64,000 nucleotides of DNA from Octopus vulgaris (lineage: Eukaryota): assembly GCA_951406725.2 (NCBI GenBank), contig OX597825.1, forward strand, positions 89,280,001 to 89,344,000, in the 5' to 3' direction. Every line of letters begins with the position of its first letter. Positions within the stretch are counted from its first letter, which is position 1. Made by a program: the position numbers and the translations under genes. Below, one piece after another: positions 45,067-61,099 of the stretch. Under the pieces are notes generated by a model that did no database searches, was not told the origin of the DNA, and was given only the letters and a program-made list of their open reading frames with translations.

Positions 45067-48000
45067 AAACTGAATATTGTAAACTGACGCAGTGTTCTGT
45101 GTATGGAAAGTAGGTCGACGCTGTGAAATGTTCACAAGAAACATTCACTCTTAATTACTTCTCGAGTTTATAAAATCTGTGCAAACATTTTGAGTTACTA
45201 ATTGTCTCAGATATATCAATATATTTCAGGTTTATAGATATGTGTCTATGATATATATATTTCTATAAAATGTGTGTATTGTGCGTGTTATATATATGTG
45301 TGTGCGTGTGCGCGTATAACGTATGTTCTGCGTGTGATGTGTGTACCCTGCGTGATATATATATATATGTATATGTATGTATGTATATACACATGCATGT
45401 GGATGGTAATGAATACGTATTGACACACGGAAATACATTTAGTCACATTCATGCTTATAGCCTTATGGATGGGTTTGAATACATAAAAATGTGTGTGAAG
45501 ATGATAGTTGTTTGCAGTATATTATTTAGTAATGCATATTATTGATTGTGATGTCCTGTATGGCGATGTTTGTCATTAACCTTGAGATGTGGTAAATAAT
45601 CAATAGCACTCATTGCTTTAAAACCAACTTTGATTTTTACCAACCGGCTTATCGATCACGTATAATACTACAAACCTGTCTTATACTTTGTAAACATAAT
45701 AGATGAGTTTTTTTCTTTTGTTATTTTATTAAGACAGAATAAATTTATTATAGTTTCAGACTGCGTAGATAGAGGTGTGCATCCTTTCTCTAATTCCATC
45801 TCCCTAAGTAAAGATGCTACATATGTTTCACCAATGTACTTTAGTATACAGAAACAAATATCATTAAAACCTTTGAATCTGTAACTGCCGCACACATTGC
45901 ACTGAGCCTCAGAGAGTGGAACATGCGTTGCAGTTTGCAACGAAAGAATATGTATATTAGTATGTTTTGCATTAAAAGAACAATGAACATTTCTATATTG
46001 TTGTAGAATGTTCCCATTTGCCTGAAAACGTTACCGAATACGTGGGAATCGCATGACGGTGATTGAAAGTCATTGATCTCGACGTCGCTAAATTTAGATA
46101 ACGAATAAGACTATGGAGTATTAAGTTCAAATGGATAATTTTGGACCAGTATTTTCAGGAAACGAATTTTGTCGGGATGGATTTAGGGAATGCTACATTT
46201 TTTAACCATGTTCGTTGATTAGATGAAGCTTATCGTAGGTTTAACGATTTTGATGAATGCTTATACGTGACGAAGAAAATTGTTTCGGAACACAGATTTT
46301 CGATAAAGTGCTAGTCAGATAGAAACATTAGTCCATGCAGGGATTTTATAATAATATATAGAGCTACAATGAGAAAATATGAACTGTTTTTGTAAAGAAC
46401 TTTCTGAGTTCTCTACGAAATTTTCTTTCATGGCGTCTAACATGTGTATTTTCTGCTTTCTGACATCAATACACAATCCTGGATAAAATGAAATGCATTA
46501 TGGAAGAAATTCCTTTCTTAAAATCTGGAGATGAAGAAATCCCGCAGTTGAAATATTGTAAATTATTTTACATTTCTAAAGATGACGTAAATTTGAAAAA
46601 TCATATTCTCGCTAGAGCAAATATAATCATGATATTCACATGCAAATTTTTATAAATTGCTGCAGATAATTTTGAATTCCAAATCATAAAGCGAAACATT
46701 GTGGTATTGAACAGAAAATTTGCTTATGTTGAATATAGTACAAGACTTATCGAACCGCTTTTTACCACTTCTCTCTAAGCGAAAAGCAATAAGAAATCAA
46801 AACCTGTACCTCATACACGACGGTAACATCTAACAGAAAATTTTACTGAATGTTTGACGAAATATGGAAGGAATTATGAAGATCAATTAGTGGACCGAAT
46901 CAATCTGTTGTTTACTTTCAGTAACTTCACCGAAGGTAGGTTTTGGGTGGAAATCATCCTTCCTTAATAAACAGCAGTGATCGAAGCCATTCTTAGAGAT
47001 AACGCCCAACCTCACGCTACCAGTTATTGAAATGTTATGGTATCGTTCGTATAGCAATAAATCTATATTTTCTAAATCTAGCTCCATCAAACTTTTACTT
47101 CTTCACGTATATTTGAAGAGTTCAGACAGGTAATTTGCAATATTGTCTTCCTTGTGAGTAATTCTAAATAGCTACAAAAATTCGGACAGAATTTATATTC
47201 AATCTCACTCCACCCCCACTTCTGTCCCTGTCTGTCTGTCTGTCTCTCTATCTCCCCCCCTCTCTCTCTCTCTCTCTCTCATCATGCACACACATACATT
47301 TTATCAAGTGCTAGAGCTATATTATTGGTTGCTACTTTCGTATCCTTCTTGACCATAAGAGAGTAAAGAAAGGTTATATCGCACATTGTCTGAAAACATT
47401 GGGTCTAGCAAGCAGTACTCGTCACAGAACTAGATCAATACATTATAAGCCTTTGCTATCGTACTAAAAGACGCCTCAATGCAATCGAATTACTTCTCAT
47501 GATCACCACACATGTATAACACTGACTGAACTACATCACATCCACTAGAACGATTTTTAAGTTCAGTATAAGCTTTAACCTAACTTATTTGTTGCCTTGC
47601 GCATTGGATCAGCTATTAGTAAATGTGCTGCTGCTAGAGATAGAAGTACCTCAGGTATTGTCAATGATTTATCTACAGACACTAATGATCAACCAGTTTA
47701 TCAATATAAAATGTGCTGTTCGTAATAAATGTTTCTTCTATACTCTGACGCAGTCTCAAATAACCAGATGCATACCACCTCTACTTAAAACACCTCTATC
47801 TATTCTGTTACATGATTCATTTGTGCAAAGCTAGCCCCACTTGCCCCTCCCTTTTCTTTCCTTCACTTGTATTATGTCTAACCTTCAGACCTAGCAAGAA
47901 ATACGTTTCACAGTCTTACGAGAAATGTTTCGAGCTAAAATTTAAGTCGCTCTTACATATTATATTCTGATATTGCCGCGCAGATAACCACATTTGTCCC

Positions 48001-48877
48001 CCCCTTTCTAGGACAGCCAGCAACGAGCTGAATCACGATTACTTTTGAGTCAATTGAACTATGCCAAATGTTCAATGTGTTAATCTCGAATAAAATTGTG
48101 ATGATCATGGCATATAAAACCGTTGTTATACAAATAGCCTACAGTCAATCACACAAAGATATTCCAAAACGCTAACTACTAATCTACAGCATCACAAGCA
48201 ATGATTTATTAAAGTTGTTGCAGTAGAACTATAATTTTCCATTTAATATATGTCGCAATATAATTTGAATTTTAATATTGATATAAAAAATAATTGACTG
48301 CCTAATAGGTATGTAAATTGTTTTAAATTCGGTGGTAGTATTAAATGACGAAACAAATTGAATAGCTTGTGTTAAATATATCGTTTCTCGATTAAAATAT
48401 GTTTGTGTATTTTTGGTAGAAGCCATCATATTCACATTATTAATCTTGATATTTTTCATTTATCTGTTCATTTCATATTTGTATCTTTATGTATTATCGA
48501 TCCATAATATATCATGTGGAATGATTTATATTAAACGAGCAGTAAGTAACGAGAGTTGCTTGAATTCATAAATAACTGGAACAAATTACTGCAGTGTTTC
48601 TACATGTTATAAACTGACATTTTCGGCAGTCTGAATGTATGACTTCTCAAAGCCATGTGCAAGAGCTGACTCAATCTTTCATACAAACACAATAGTAAAA
48701 CTTTAGTCATAAAACTTCGCAACAGACAAGATTTTTAAGGATAAATATTTGCGAATTATTTCCTATATATTTGTTTAAAGATTCGTAGAGTTTGCTGCTA
48801 TTAAGGTAACATAATTTTCAAATTTACTGAAATATTTCATGCCCGCTACGTCGTATATGTTAATATTGACTTCAGTA

Positions 48878-49095
48878 TCGGGACGGCAAGCCGGCAGATT
48901 CATTAGCACGCCAGGCAAACTGCTTAGCGGGGTTTCATCTGTCTGTACGTGCTGAGTTGAAATTCCGCCAAAGTCGATTTTGCCATTAATCCATTCAAGA
49001 TCCATAAAATAAGGACCACTTTTGCACGGGTCAATGGAATAGATTTACCGCCTCCCTCGCCCTTTGCCGGCCTTATACCAAAATCTGAAACCAAG
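48878..49095 (+). mobile_element. SINE S4 diverged copy
   Basis: ggcaagccggcagattcattagcacgccagg...gagttgaaattccgccaaagtcgattttgcc. Confidence 0.75.
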
Positions 49096-49859
49096 TCATT
49101 TCAGTATTGCTGTTCATGTCGATAGCGTCTGTGATTAGGACTGAGACCAAGTGAATTTCTAATCAGAATATTTTCACTTCGTCATGAATACATTACATCT
49201 GCCCATACTATATTTCCACGCAAGGTAGTATGTATCTGCTTATATTGCATACCTCTGTAATTACATCACAACTTCAAGTATAAAGTGCAGATTATTGATG
49301 AGGTTAAACTACACTGAAACATGTCCGTTCTCTCGCATTACAACCTAAATAATAAAAGTAATAAGATATGGCGTAAGGTTGTTTTTTTTTAAACTCAACA
49401 CATGAATAAATAGAATGTGGTATTTGGTTACAAAAAGAATACATTTTTTCATAAAATTGTTACTTTTGGATAATTAACATCATTAAAATATTTCTTTGAA
49501 TCTACAAATCCCGGAAAGTGACCTTAAATTGCATTAATGCAGCAAGACGCAGATTGCCTAGGAAACCTATTTTACACAGATTACGCTGGTTCTTGCTAAA
49601 ACTATTTCATGACTTGTTCATTCTTCACTCTTCTTCATTCGTTTTCTTGTGTCTTGTACTGCAGAAAGTTCTTATAAAAATAGGTGACCCATTCATTACT
49701 AATCTCAGTGGAATCTATTGCACTTATTTCTTCCACATCATTCTCACATGGTTTAAATTATATTCCTTCAATATTCATGACATTTGGTATCCATCGTAAA
49801 TTCATTAAACAAAATGTAACTTCCAATATGCTTTATTTCTAAAGAGTATGTTAAAGAAG

Positions 49860-49886
49860 GTATATATACATATCATGCACACATAG

Positions 49887-49965
<79 letters not shown>

Positions 49966-50039
49966 TAGATAGATAGATAGTACGCCTGAGTATTGTATAC
50001 AACAATTTCTTTATGTACATACTTACATACATACATATA

Positions 50040-50106
<67 letters not shown>

Positions 50107-50121
50107 GTATATATATATATG

Positions 50122-50184
<63 letters not shown>

Positions 50185-50191
50185 GTATATA

Positions 50192-50252
<61 letters not shown>

Positions 50253-50280
50253 GTATATATATATATGTATATATATATAT
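49860..50280. repeat. (CA)n/(TA)n tract
   Basis: Directly visible. Confidence 0.95.
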
Positions 50281-50673
50281 ACTTTGATACTTTGATACTT
50301 TGATAGGTTTCGGCCATTATTGGCCCAGGCCATGTCTAACTTAATAGCACCACCTGGTGAAGTCTTTCAAGTCAGAATTTGGGCACTATGGCCCACTCAA
50401 GTAGAGAGTTATTGTTTACAGAGACATATCCGGGTGTAGGGGGTTTATCCGGGATTTCTTTAAGGAATCTGTCCAAAGACTTCTTGAACCCTATAGGGTC
50501 AGTTTCTGTTTTAATGTGTTTTGGTGTAATGTTAAAGAGAGCGGGGCCAATTGAGGTGAAATAATTGTGCCGTATTGTTGTTATGAGATGGGAGTGCGAT
50601 TTTTGTTTTGGGCGGATGGCACGGGGCCCAAGCCTTGGATGTACCTTAAAGGTGATGCCAACATCATTTGGCA
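50281..50673 (-). mobile_element. LINE family B 3' end
   Basis: [34 protein letters not shown]; (TATCAAAG)n tail. Confidence 0.9.
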
Positions 50674-50686
50674 ATGCTGATGCTAT

Positions 50687-50718
<32 letters not shown>

Positions 50719-50804
50719 GTAGGTCCCGGGTTGATTCGGGGTTAACCACAGTAAGTAAGGTACTCAATACATAGCAGAGTAAAATTAATTTATTATATAG
50801 AAGG

Positions 50805-50855
50805 AGCTTCTACAGGACTAGTACTGTTTCATTCAAGAGAAATCTTCAGGAAGCT
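50805..50855 (-). ncRNA. Type I hammerhead motif (family H5), mirror copy
   Basis: Reverse complement of 54245-54295. Confidence 0.8.
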
Positions 50856-51194
50856 ATTTAACAAGAATTGTATTAGCATTTTATACATTTAGGCAGGTTC
50901 AAAGGAGTGGTGGTGGGGGACTTTTTGGGGGTAGGCATAGCGCAAAATATCATACTTGGGGGAGTGGTCAAGGAGTCAGTGGTAAGTTAGATGAAAGAAT
51001 AGATAAATAAAAAAATAAAAAAATAAAAAAATAAAAAAATAAAAAAATAAAAAATATATATAAAAAATATATATATATATAAAAATATATATATAAAAAA
51101 AAGGGGGGATAGAGTTATAGGTAAATAAGGAGATTCTCACTTATACCTATACACACATGTATACGTATCTACACACACATATATATACACATAC

Positions 51195-51245
<51 letters not shown>

Positions 51246-51555
51246 CATATATACACACATACATACATATCTACATACACACATACATACACCCGCCCAC
51301 ATATACAAATTTATACACATGCACATGCCTATACCTGTCTACACATACACACACGTATATATGCATACACTCACTCCCATGCATGCACGCATACACACAT
51401 GTATATATATATATATACCCACGACCACACATACATATATACACAGAAAAATATATATTCATACGCACATACACTCATGCACACACAACACACCTAGTTC
51501 CCTATATACACATATTTACACCTATATATACATACACCCACATACACCTATGTAC

Positions 51556-51586
<31 letters not shown>

Positions 51587-52134
51587 CACGCATACATATA
51601 TATACATGTGTGCACATACATACATACACACATATACATACACATACACATACACATGTGTACCTATACATACCTACACATACACACATACATACATACA
51701 AATATATATATATATATATATATATACAATCCAATACAGGCCCATTCCCTAATTTTAATTTTATTATCTTCATTTATTACTTTTGTTATCTTTGATCGCT
51801 AGGGCTAAGAATCCTGGCTATGGCTGCATGTCCATTTGTCTGTCTACTAGAAGGCAAGTACTCATTCCCGCACGCACACTCATTAGCACGTACATTCACC
51901 CATTCGTACACTCATACACATACACGTACGCACGCGTTATATTCATACATACAAACATCTACATACGTTCACGTATATACACATACGTACTCGTACCTAC
52001 AGATTCGTGTCTACACTTTAGGAGGCTAGTCTATACATATACACCAATAAATATACATATATATATATATACACACATATACATACACACACACACATAT
52101 ATATACTCCTACATACAGATACATACCTATATAT

Positions 52135-52184
<50 letters not shown>

Positions 52185-52251
52185 CACACACACACATACA
52201 CACACACACATACACATACACATATATATACATACACACATATACATATAC

Positions 52252-52286
<35 letters not shown>

Positions 52287-52345
52287 TACATACATACATA
52301 CATACACATACACATACTTACACACATTATACTCATACACACACA

Positions 52346-52388
<43 letters not shown>

Positions 52389-52669
52389 TCACACATACAT
52401 ATACAAATCTACGCACACACATACATACATACACGTATACACATACACGCACATACACATATACATGCGTACCCATACACGTGCACACACGCACGCGCAT
52501 CCATATATATACACACACACACATATATATACACGTGTGCAAGCATACATACATACTCATACGCGCACACATACTTACATATACATATATGCACACACTT
52601 ACACACATATATATACATACACATATACATGCATACATACATATATGCATACATACACACACGCACTCA

Positions 52670-52720
<51 letters not shown>

Positions 52721-52884
52721 ATATATACACATACATACACATATACACATACATACACACATATATACACACATACACATATATATATATATACACATAT
52801 ACACATACATATATACACATATACATACATATACATACACACACACATACATATATACATATACACTGATACACATACCCATAC

Positions 52885-52921
<37 letters not shown>

Positions 52922-53020
52922 TATACACGTGCATATACTTATATCACTACATACTCACATATATAAACATATATACATATACACACATACACATATACAT
53001 GTACATACACATACGTATGC

Positions 53021-53083
<63 letters not shown>

Positions 53084-53726
53084 TACATATACACATATAC
53101 ATGTATACATACGCAATAATGATACACATATATACACATACACACACACAGACAGATGCATATACATACATATATATATATAAATTACATATCTATATAA
53201 ATACATACATAATACACATATACACACACATATATATACATTCATGCATATACATATACAAGTATACATACACATACATACACACACACGCGCACACATA
53301 CATATACACACACACATATACAAATACATACATACACACATACACACACACATATATATACATACATGTACACATATACATATATATATATATCAACAAG
53401 GGAGGGTAAAGTTAATTAGTTATTAATCAATTTCATCAAGTGTTCAGTATGTAAAGGGACCATTATTATTTTGAGTAAACAATGTTAGAGGGAAAAAATT
53501 CTCTAAGTAGTGGAAGAGGCTAAAAAACTTTATTGGCTGCTATTTCTAGAAAGTTTAGTATGTGGCAAAGTAATTTATTTTATTTTACTAAGCCCTAATT
53601 ATATAATATTTTATACATACATACACATACATAAACACATACATTTACACATACATATGCATATACATATATTCACATATACATACAAACACATATACAC
53701 ATATACACACACACACACATACAAGC

Positions 53727-53767
<41 letters not shown>

Positions 53768-54244
53768 AATATATATACATATATATTTTTACATGCATAC
53801 ATACACACACACACATAATACATGCGTCTATTCCTACTGTACCCATGCATTTCTATACATATATACATACATACGATACACATATACAAGCGTGCACATA
53901 TAATCTGTGAAAGGTCTTAGGAGAAAAGGTAATCGGGGGTGCTAGGGGAACAGTGTGTGTGTGAGAATCTCCTTATTTACCTATAACTCTATCCCCCCTT
54001 TTTTTTATATATATATTTTTATATATATATATATTTTTTATATATATTTTTTATTTTTTTATTTTTTTATTTTTTTATTTTTTTATTTTTTTATTTATCT
54101 ATTCTTTCATCTAACTTACCACTGACTCCTTGACCACTCCCCCAAGTATGATATTTTGCGCTATGCCTACCCCCAAAAGTCCCCCACCACCACTCCTTTG
54201 AACCTGCCTAAATGTATAAAATGCTAATACAATTCTTGTTAAAT

Positions 54245-54295
54245 AGCTTCCTGAAGATTTCTCTTGAATGAAACAGTACTAGTCCTGTAGAAGCT
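54245..54295 (+). ncRNA. Type I hammerhead ribozyme motif (family H5), canonical core
   Basis: agcttc-CTGAAGA-t-ttc(tctt)gaa-t-GAAA-cag(tactagtc)ct-GTA-gaagct: 6-bp stem I, 4-bp stem III with an ACTAGT palindrome in the loop. Confidence 0.82.
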
Positions 54296-54308
54296 CCTTC
54301 TATATAAT

Positions 54309-55220
<912 letters not shown>

Positions 55221-55556
55221 TATTTATTCAAGGGGAGTTAGAGATTGTGAATCCAATCAACAAAGGGATAGTATCTATCTAATATACTGCTGGTAGAATA
55301 CCCAATTATTAATGCACAAGTGTTGCTTATTGCGAGGTTACTGAGCGTAATAATTGGGCGGGAGTAAAAAGTTGTTTTACCCTTAATTCATACGTGAGAA
55401 AAAAATGGAGGGGATGCAGAGGTGGTATGCATCAACTGTTAGACATTATAGCGTCTATTTATTTTAAACAATTATGAGAATATATATGTGTGTGTAAAGA
55501 TTGTGTTTTACATATATAAAGTAGCAGTAATTTCTAGAATATAGAAAGAAGAACAG

Positions 55557-55670
55557 TTTCTTACAGTTGTTTCACACCACCCCACATGTTATCTCCATCT
55601 TTTCAGCGTACTGTAGTGATCGGTAGATAACATTGGGGTACTTGGGTGTACCTGCAGGCTTCATCAGAAA
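55557..55670 (-). ncRNA. Hammerhead-like motif with very long stem II (family H6)
   Basis: ttt-CTGATGA-agcctgcaggt-acaccc..acccca-atgttatct...agataacat-gtggggt-ggtgt-GAAA-caact-GTA-aga. Confidence 0.5.
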
Positions 55671-55736
55671 GCCTAAAAAGTTCAGAGGGCTCATTTATGT
55701 ATATACTAATATACATACACACACACGCACACACAG

Positions 55737-55829
<93 letters not shown>

Positions 55830-55903
55830 CGCATTCTGTTGGGTTTTTTTTTAAACTGAACATATGAATAATTAGAATTTCATTTTCTTCTTGTATATAT
55901 ATA

Positions 55904-56112
55904 TCACTGTGATCACCGTGACCGACCAGGCTATCAGATGTTGCTACACATCGCTGGTCACAATGCGCTTTGCATTGTTTTAGCCTTCAAGTGACACCAC
56001 CCCGCTGGCTAAGCAACAGAAGAAAGAGTGAGAGAAAGTTGTGGCGAAAGAGTACAGCAGGGATCGCCACCACCCCCTGCCGGAGTCTCGTGGAGCTTTA
56101 GGTGTTTTCGCT
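55904..56112 (-). mobile_element. SINE S3 copy
   Basis: Reverse-complement match to 8344-8556. Confidence 0.85.
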
Positions 56113-56339
56113 GGTCACTATATTGGTTTAATTGTTAAGTAAAATCCAACCTATCAGTATTTTACCATAAGAATCAAAGCTTGATTCAGAAAAGTGGTAG
56201 AGTAAAAATTGTAAAATAATAAAGGTGGCTGAAACATGTGTATGTCATAGCAGCAAATGATAACAAATGAAGTATTACAAGTGTCCCACCACAATTTTTT
56301 ACGTAATTTTTTGATAATTTAAGGTTGCTACTTATGATA

Positions 56340-56640
56340 TCAGTTTCTTCTTGTCAAACCACTAAGTTATGTGGATGTAAATAAGCGAACAGCAGTTGTG
56401 AAGCAGTGATGAGTGAGAAACACAGAGACAAAGACACACGCAGACACTTAAATATATACATACATATATATATATACAATTGATTTCTTTCAGTTTCTGT
56501 CTACAAAATCCACTGACAGGGTTTTGTTTGTCCTGAGGCTTTAGCAGAAGACAAATGCCAAGTCACCATACCGTAGGGCTGAATCCAGGAACATGTGTTT
56601 TGGAACAAAGTTTGTTACCACACATCCACACCTGCACCTA
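56340..56640 (-). mobile_element. SINE S1 diverged copy
   Basis: Collinear with 19670-19888 (ctaagttat..gtaaa..; tttcagtttctgtctac..aatccact..gcagaagaca). Confidence 0.7.
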
Positions 56641-56780
56641 TGTATATATATGTGTGCGTATATATATGTATATATATATATATATATATGTGTGTATATA
56701 TATATGTATATATATATGTGTGTGTGTATATATATGTATATATGTATATATGTATATATGTATATGTATATATATGTATA

Positions 56781-56837
<57 letters not shown>

Positions 56838-56903
56838 ATATATATGTATATATGTATATATGTATATATGTATATATGTATATGTATATATATGTATATA
56901 TAT

Positions 56904-57163
56904 GTGTTCTTGAGCAAAGCACTTTATTTCACGTTGCTCCAGTTCACTCAGCTGTAGAAATGAGTTGCGACGTCACAGGTGCCAAGCTGTATCGACCTTT
57001 GTCTTTCCCTTGGATAACACTGGTGGCGTGGAGAGGGGAGGCTGGTATGCATGGGCGACTGCTGGTCTTCCATAAACAACCTTGCCCGGACTTGTGTCTA
57101 GGAGGGTAACTTTCTAGGTGCAATCCCATGGTCATTCATGACCGAAGGGGGTCTTTACCCTTT
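56904..57163 (+). mobile_element. SINE S2, head lost
   Basis: CORE-like start and the same tail as 6021-6223. Confidence 0.8.
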
Positions 57164-57215
57164 ATATATATATGTATATGTATATATATGTATATCTGTT
57201 TATATTTACATATAT

Positions 57216-58372
57216 ATACATCCACAGATTATCAAAGCGTTGGCTCTGGTCATCTGCGAACCTTTAACACTTCTATTCAATATGTCATTGGCGACGAGTG
57301 TTGTACCTGCGGACTGGAGAACAGCGATAATCTGCCCGATTTTCAAGAAAGGGAGCCGCGATGACCCGCTTAACTACCGACCGGTTTCCCTTACTTCAAT
57401 AATCAGCAAGATGTTCGAAACCATCCTCAAAAAAAGTATGTTGGTCCATCTCCAAAACATATCCACTATCTCTGATTCCCAACACGGCTTTGTGTCGAGG
57501 AGATCATGCTTTACCAACTTACTAGTAATGGAAGGATTGGAGACACGTATCCTGGATGATGGTGATGCTGTTGACATCGTTTTATTGAATTTTGCCAAAG
57601 CTTTTGACTCGGTTAATCACCGTCTATTACTTATCAATTTTCAAGCATATAGTTTCCATCCGGATATTGTACGATGAGTTGGTGCCTTCCTCTCAGATCG
57701 CTCCTTCCAAGTCCAAGTTAATGGTTCGCTGTCCGACGTCTCCAGAGCGAGCTGTGGCGTGCCTCAAGGTTCAGTGCTTGGGCCGTTATTGTTTTTAGTC
57801 TTCATCAATGACTTACCCGACAACCTCACGCAACACACCCTTCTATTTGCCGACGATGTCAAACTGGTCGCTCCTCGCAGTGATATAGATGATCTTCGAT
57901 GCCTCCACCAAGTTTGGAGATGGTCAAACGAATGGGATTTGTGTCTGAACGTGTCACAGTGCTGTTATATGCCTGTTGACTCTTCTCCTGCAACTCAACT
58001 TGATTTCGAGCCGGGGCGTCTACTGCTGGAGAAGACCGACCAAGTAAAGGACCTGGGTATCTTGGTGGATTCTTCCTATTCGCCTTCCGCCCAATGCGTC
58101 AATGCTGCCAACAAAGCACGCGGAGTTCTGTTTTAGATTCGACGGTCATTCGGAATGCTCACAGCAGCCATATTCCTACCGCTCTATGTCACGCTTGTGA
58201 GACCCATATTGTAATACGGGATTCAAGCCTCTTCTCCTTATCTCCTCGAAGACAGACAACATTTCGAAAGAGTCCAGAAGCTGGCTACCCGCACGGTTCT
58301 TGGTCTCAAGCATTTGTCTTATGAAGAAAAGCTGAAGACGCTCGACCTTTATTCTCTCAAAAAAACGACGAC
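57216..58372 (+). mobile_element. CR1-type LINE family C, RT pseudogene fragment
   Basis: VPADWRTAIICPIFKKG, NYRPVSLT, QHGF, FAKAFDSV, PQGSVLGPLLF, FADD, KDLGI; stops and frameshifts. Confidence 0.9.
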
Positions 58373-58421
58373 GTATGTATATGTATGTATATATATGTAT
58401 ATATATATGTATGTATATATA

Positions 58422-60576
58422 TTTTTTTTCTTTCTAGTTTCAGCTCAGTGCTGCGGCCATGCTGATGCACCGCCGATTTGTGCTACACTGTTATTACGAC
58501 GAACCTCGTCTAATATGTGGCACTTGGTGAAGAAAGGAGTTTGATATAGCTACTCTCATTTGCACCTCTTGCCGTGAGGTAGGTTCATCTGGGACTCTTG
58601 ACAGGAAGATGTCCAGCTTTGATTTAAAAACCGCTACATCTACTTTGTGCAAGTTCCTCAGACTCTTTGGGAGAATATTAAAAAGCTGTGGGCCCTTGAA
58701 ACCCAGGCTGTTGCAGAAGCTGGTCCTGAAGCGTGATGGCATTGCTGGGATCTTTGGCACTATGTAGTGTCGTCCCGTTCTAGCATTGGTGTAGCTTACA
58801 CTGCCAAAATTTGGCACAATTCCTTCCAGGATCTTCCAGACATATATTACTGCATACCTCTCCCGTCTTCTCTCCAGGGAGTAGAGTCTTAGCGGTTTCA
58901 ACCTTTCCCAGTAGTTGAGCTGTTGCAAAAAGATGATCTTCTTTGTGAATTTCCTCTGGATTGCTTCAAGGTCCGCTGTTAATTTTACACTGGTGGGTGA
59001 CCATAGCTATGAGCTGTAATCCAGGCGATTGAGGACGAATGTCCGCCAGTGGACCATCATGGTTTCCTTATCTCTGGTTCTGAATGTTCTTAGGATCCAC
59101 CCAGCCAGTCGTCTGCACTTTGTCGCTATCCTGGTAATGTACACTTGGAAAGAGGTACCATCAATCATGTCGATACCCAGGTCCCTCACAGACTTAGGCT
59201 CTGGGTTTGAAATTCCCTGTGGACCAGTGTATCCTGTAAGTTTAATATTCAGTTTTGGATGCTGGTAGCGCAGGGCCTGGAATTTTACAGCATTACACTG
59301 CATATTGTTTTCCTCACCCCATCTGTAGATTGAGTCCAACTCCTGCTGCAGGTGTGCAACATCGCTGGGGTTCTGTATTTTCTGCGAGACTTTCGTATCG
59401 TCTGCATAGCTTGCCAGAGTGGCTATCCGGGAATTTGAGGGCATATCTGAGAGGGCCACTATAAAAAGCAGTGGTACCAAGACAGTGCCCTGTAGAACAC
59501 CGCTCACTATTTGTGTGTTCATAGAGTTGGCTCCTTTAACCACTACTACCTGACGACTATCTTTCAGGAAGTCATGCAACCACGCTCCAAGTTTTCCAGC
59601 TATGCCGAGGTCACGTAGTTTGTGGCATATCATACCATGATCCACCTTGTCAAAAGCTTTTGCAAAATCAAGGTAGATTACGTCCACATTTGATTTGTTG
59701 AGTAACTTACTCAACACCCAGTCATAATTCTGTAAGAGCTGGGTCAGGCAGCTCCTACCTGGTCGAAAACCATGCTGGGTATCACTCAGCAAGTTATTTT
59801 CCTCAAGGAATGCGATTAGTTTCTTTCTGACTATCCGTTCCATGACTTTGCTGATGTGTGTAGTCAGAGAGATAGGCCTATAATTTTTGGCATCTGCTCT
59901 ACTTCCCCCTTTATGTATTGGGCATATTATTCCCTCCTTCAGCTTGCTTGGCAGTTTGCCATTCGCAAGAAAGCTCTGGAAGAGAATCTTGAGGGGTTTT
60001 GCCAGGGCATGCTTACACGCTTTGAAGAGGATGGCTGGGAAACCGTCTGGACCAGCAGCTGAGTTTGTGTCCACTTCATCTATGGCTAGTAGGACATCTT
60101 TTTCGCTAATGTCAATACATTCTATTGTAACCGCCTCGCTGGTTATAGGTGAGGCGGCAAAGAAGTCCACTGGTTCGTTCACTTGTCTGTGTTGCAACGG
60201 GGTGGTGAAGACACTTTTGAACTGGTCATTCAGCATCTCACTGATCATAGTTGGACTGTCTGTGAGGGAGCCATCCTTTTGGAGGAGGGGTCCTATCTTG
60301 TAGTGTACTGAGATTGTTTCTTTCGTGTAATGAAAGAAGGCCTTTGGGTTTGATTTAATGTTTTTTATAACCCAGGCTTCTTTGTCTACTTTCTCATTCA
60401 CATAGGATTGTTGCAGCCTTTTTTCGATCTCCATCAGTGTTGTTTTTAGGCGGGACGTTTCGCTACTTTTGGGATGCTGGTTGAGACGATTTGCAACCTT
60501 CGTCCGTCGTCTCATGAGGATCTTCCTGTCTCTTGGAATCTTGCTCCTATTTGTTTTGGCCTTGTGCTCTGGACAT
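58422..60576 (-). mobile_element. LINE family A (subfamily 2), 5'-truncated, near-intact RT
   Basis: Long open RT frame ([26 protein letters not shown]), frameshift near 59010, complete 3' end. Confidence 0.95.
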
Positions 60577-60579
60577 ATA

Positions 60580-60611
<32 letters not shown>

Positions 60612-60941
60612 CAACATATGCATAAATATATATGTGTATGTATGTATATATATATGTATATATAAATGTGTATATATGTATATGCATATATATATGTATA
60701 TGTATATATATATATATGTGTGTATATATGTATATATATATGTTTATGTATGTATATGTATAAGTATGTGTATATGTATATGTACGTATATATATATATA
60801 TATGTATGTACGTATATATACATGTATGTATATATATATATATATGTATGTATATATATATATATGTATATGTATGTATATACATGTATGTATATATATA
60901 TATGTATGTATATATATATATGTATGTATATATATATGTGT

Positions 60942-60996
<55 letters not shown>

Positions 60997-61056
60997 TGTA
61001 TATGTATATATGTATATGTATATATATATATATGTATATGTATATATGTATATATA

Positions 61057-61099
<43 letters not shown>

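Larger units (their letters stand above)
50719..54311. mobile_element. Non-coding PLE-like element H5 with 351-bp inverted arms, (CA/TA)-rich body and tail
   Basis: 50789-51140 is the reverse complement of 53961-54311 (one 1-bp indel seen); tail 50719-50788; TA flanks. Confidence 0.82.

Noticed and set aside
49295-49325. TTGATGA...GAAAcatGTC hammerhead-like motif
   Set aside because: No stem I pairing and a weak stem II; at best a dead remnant.
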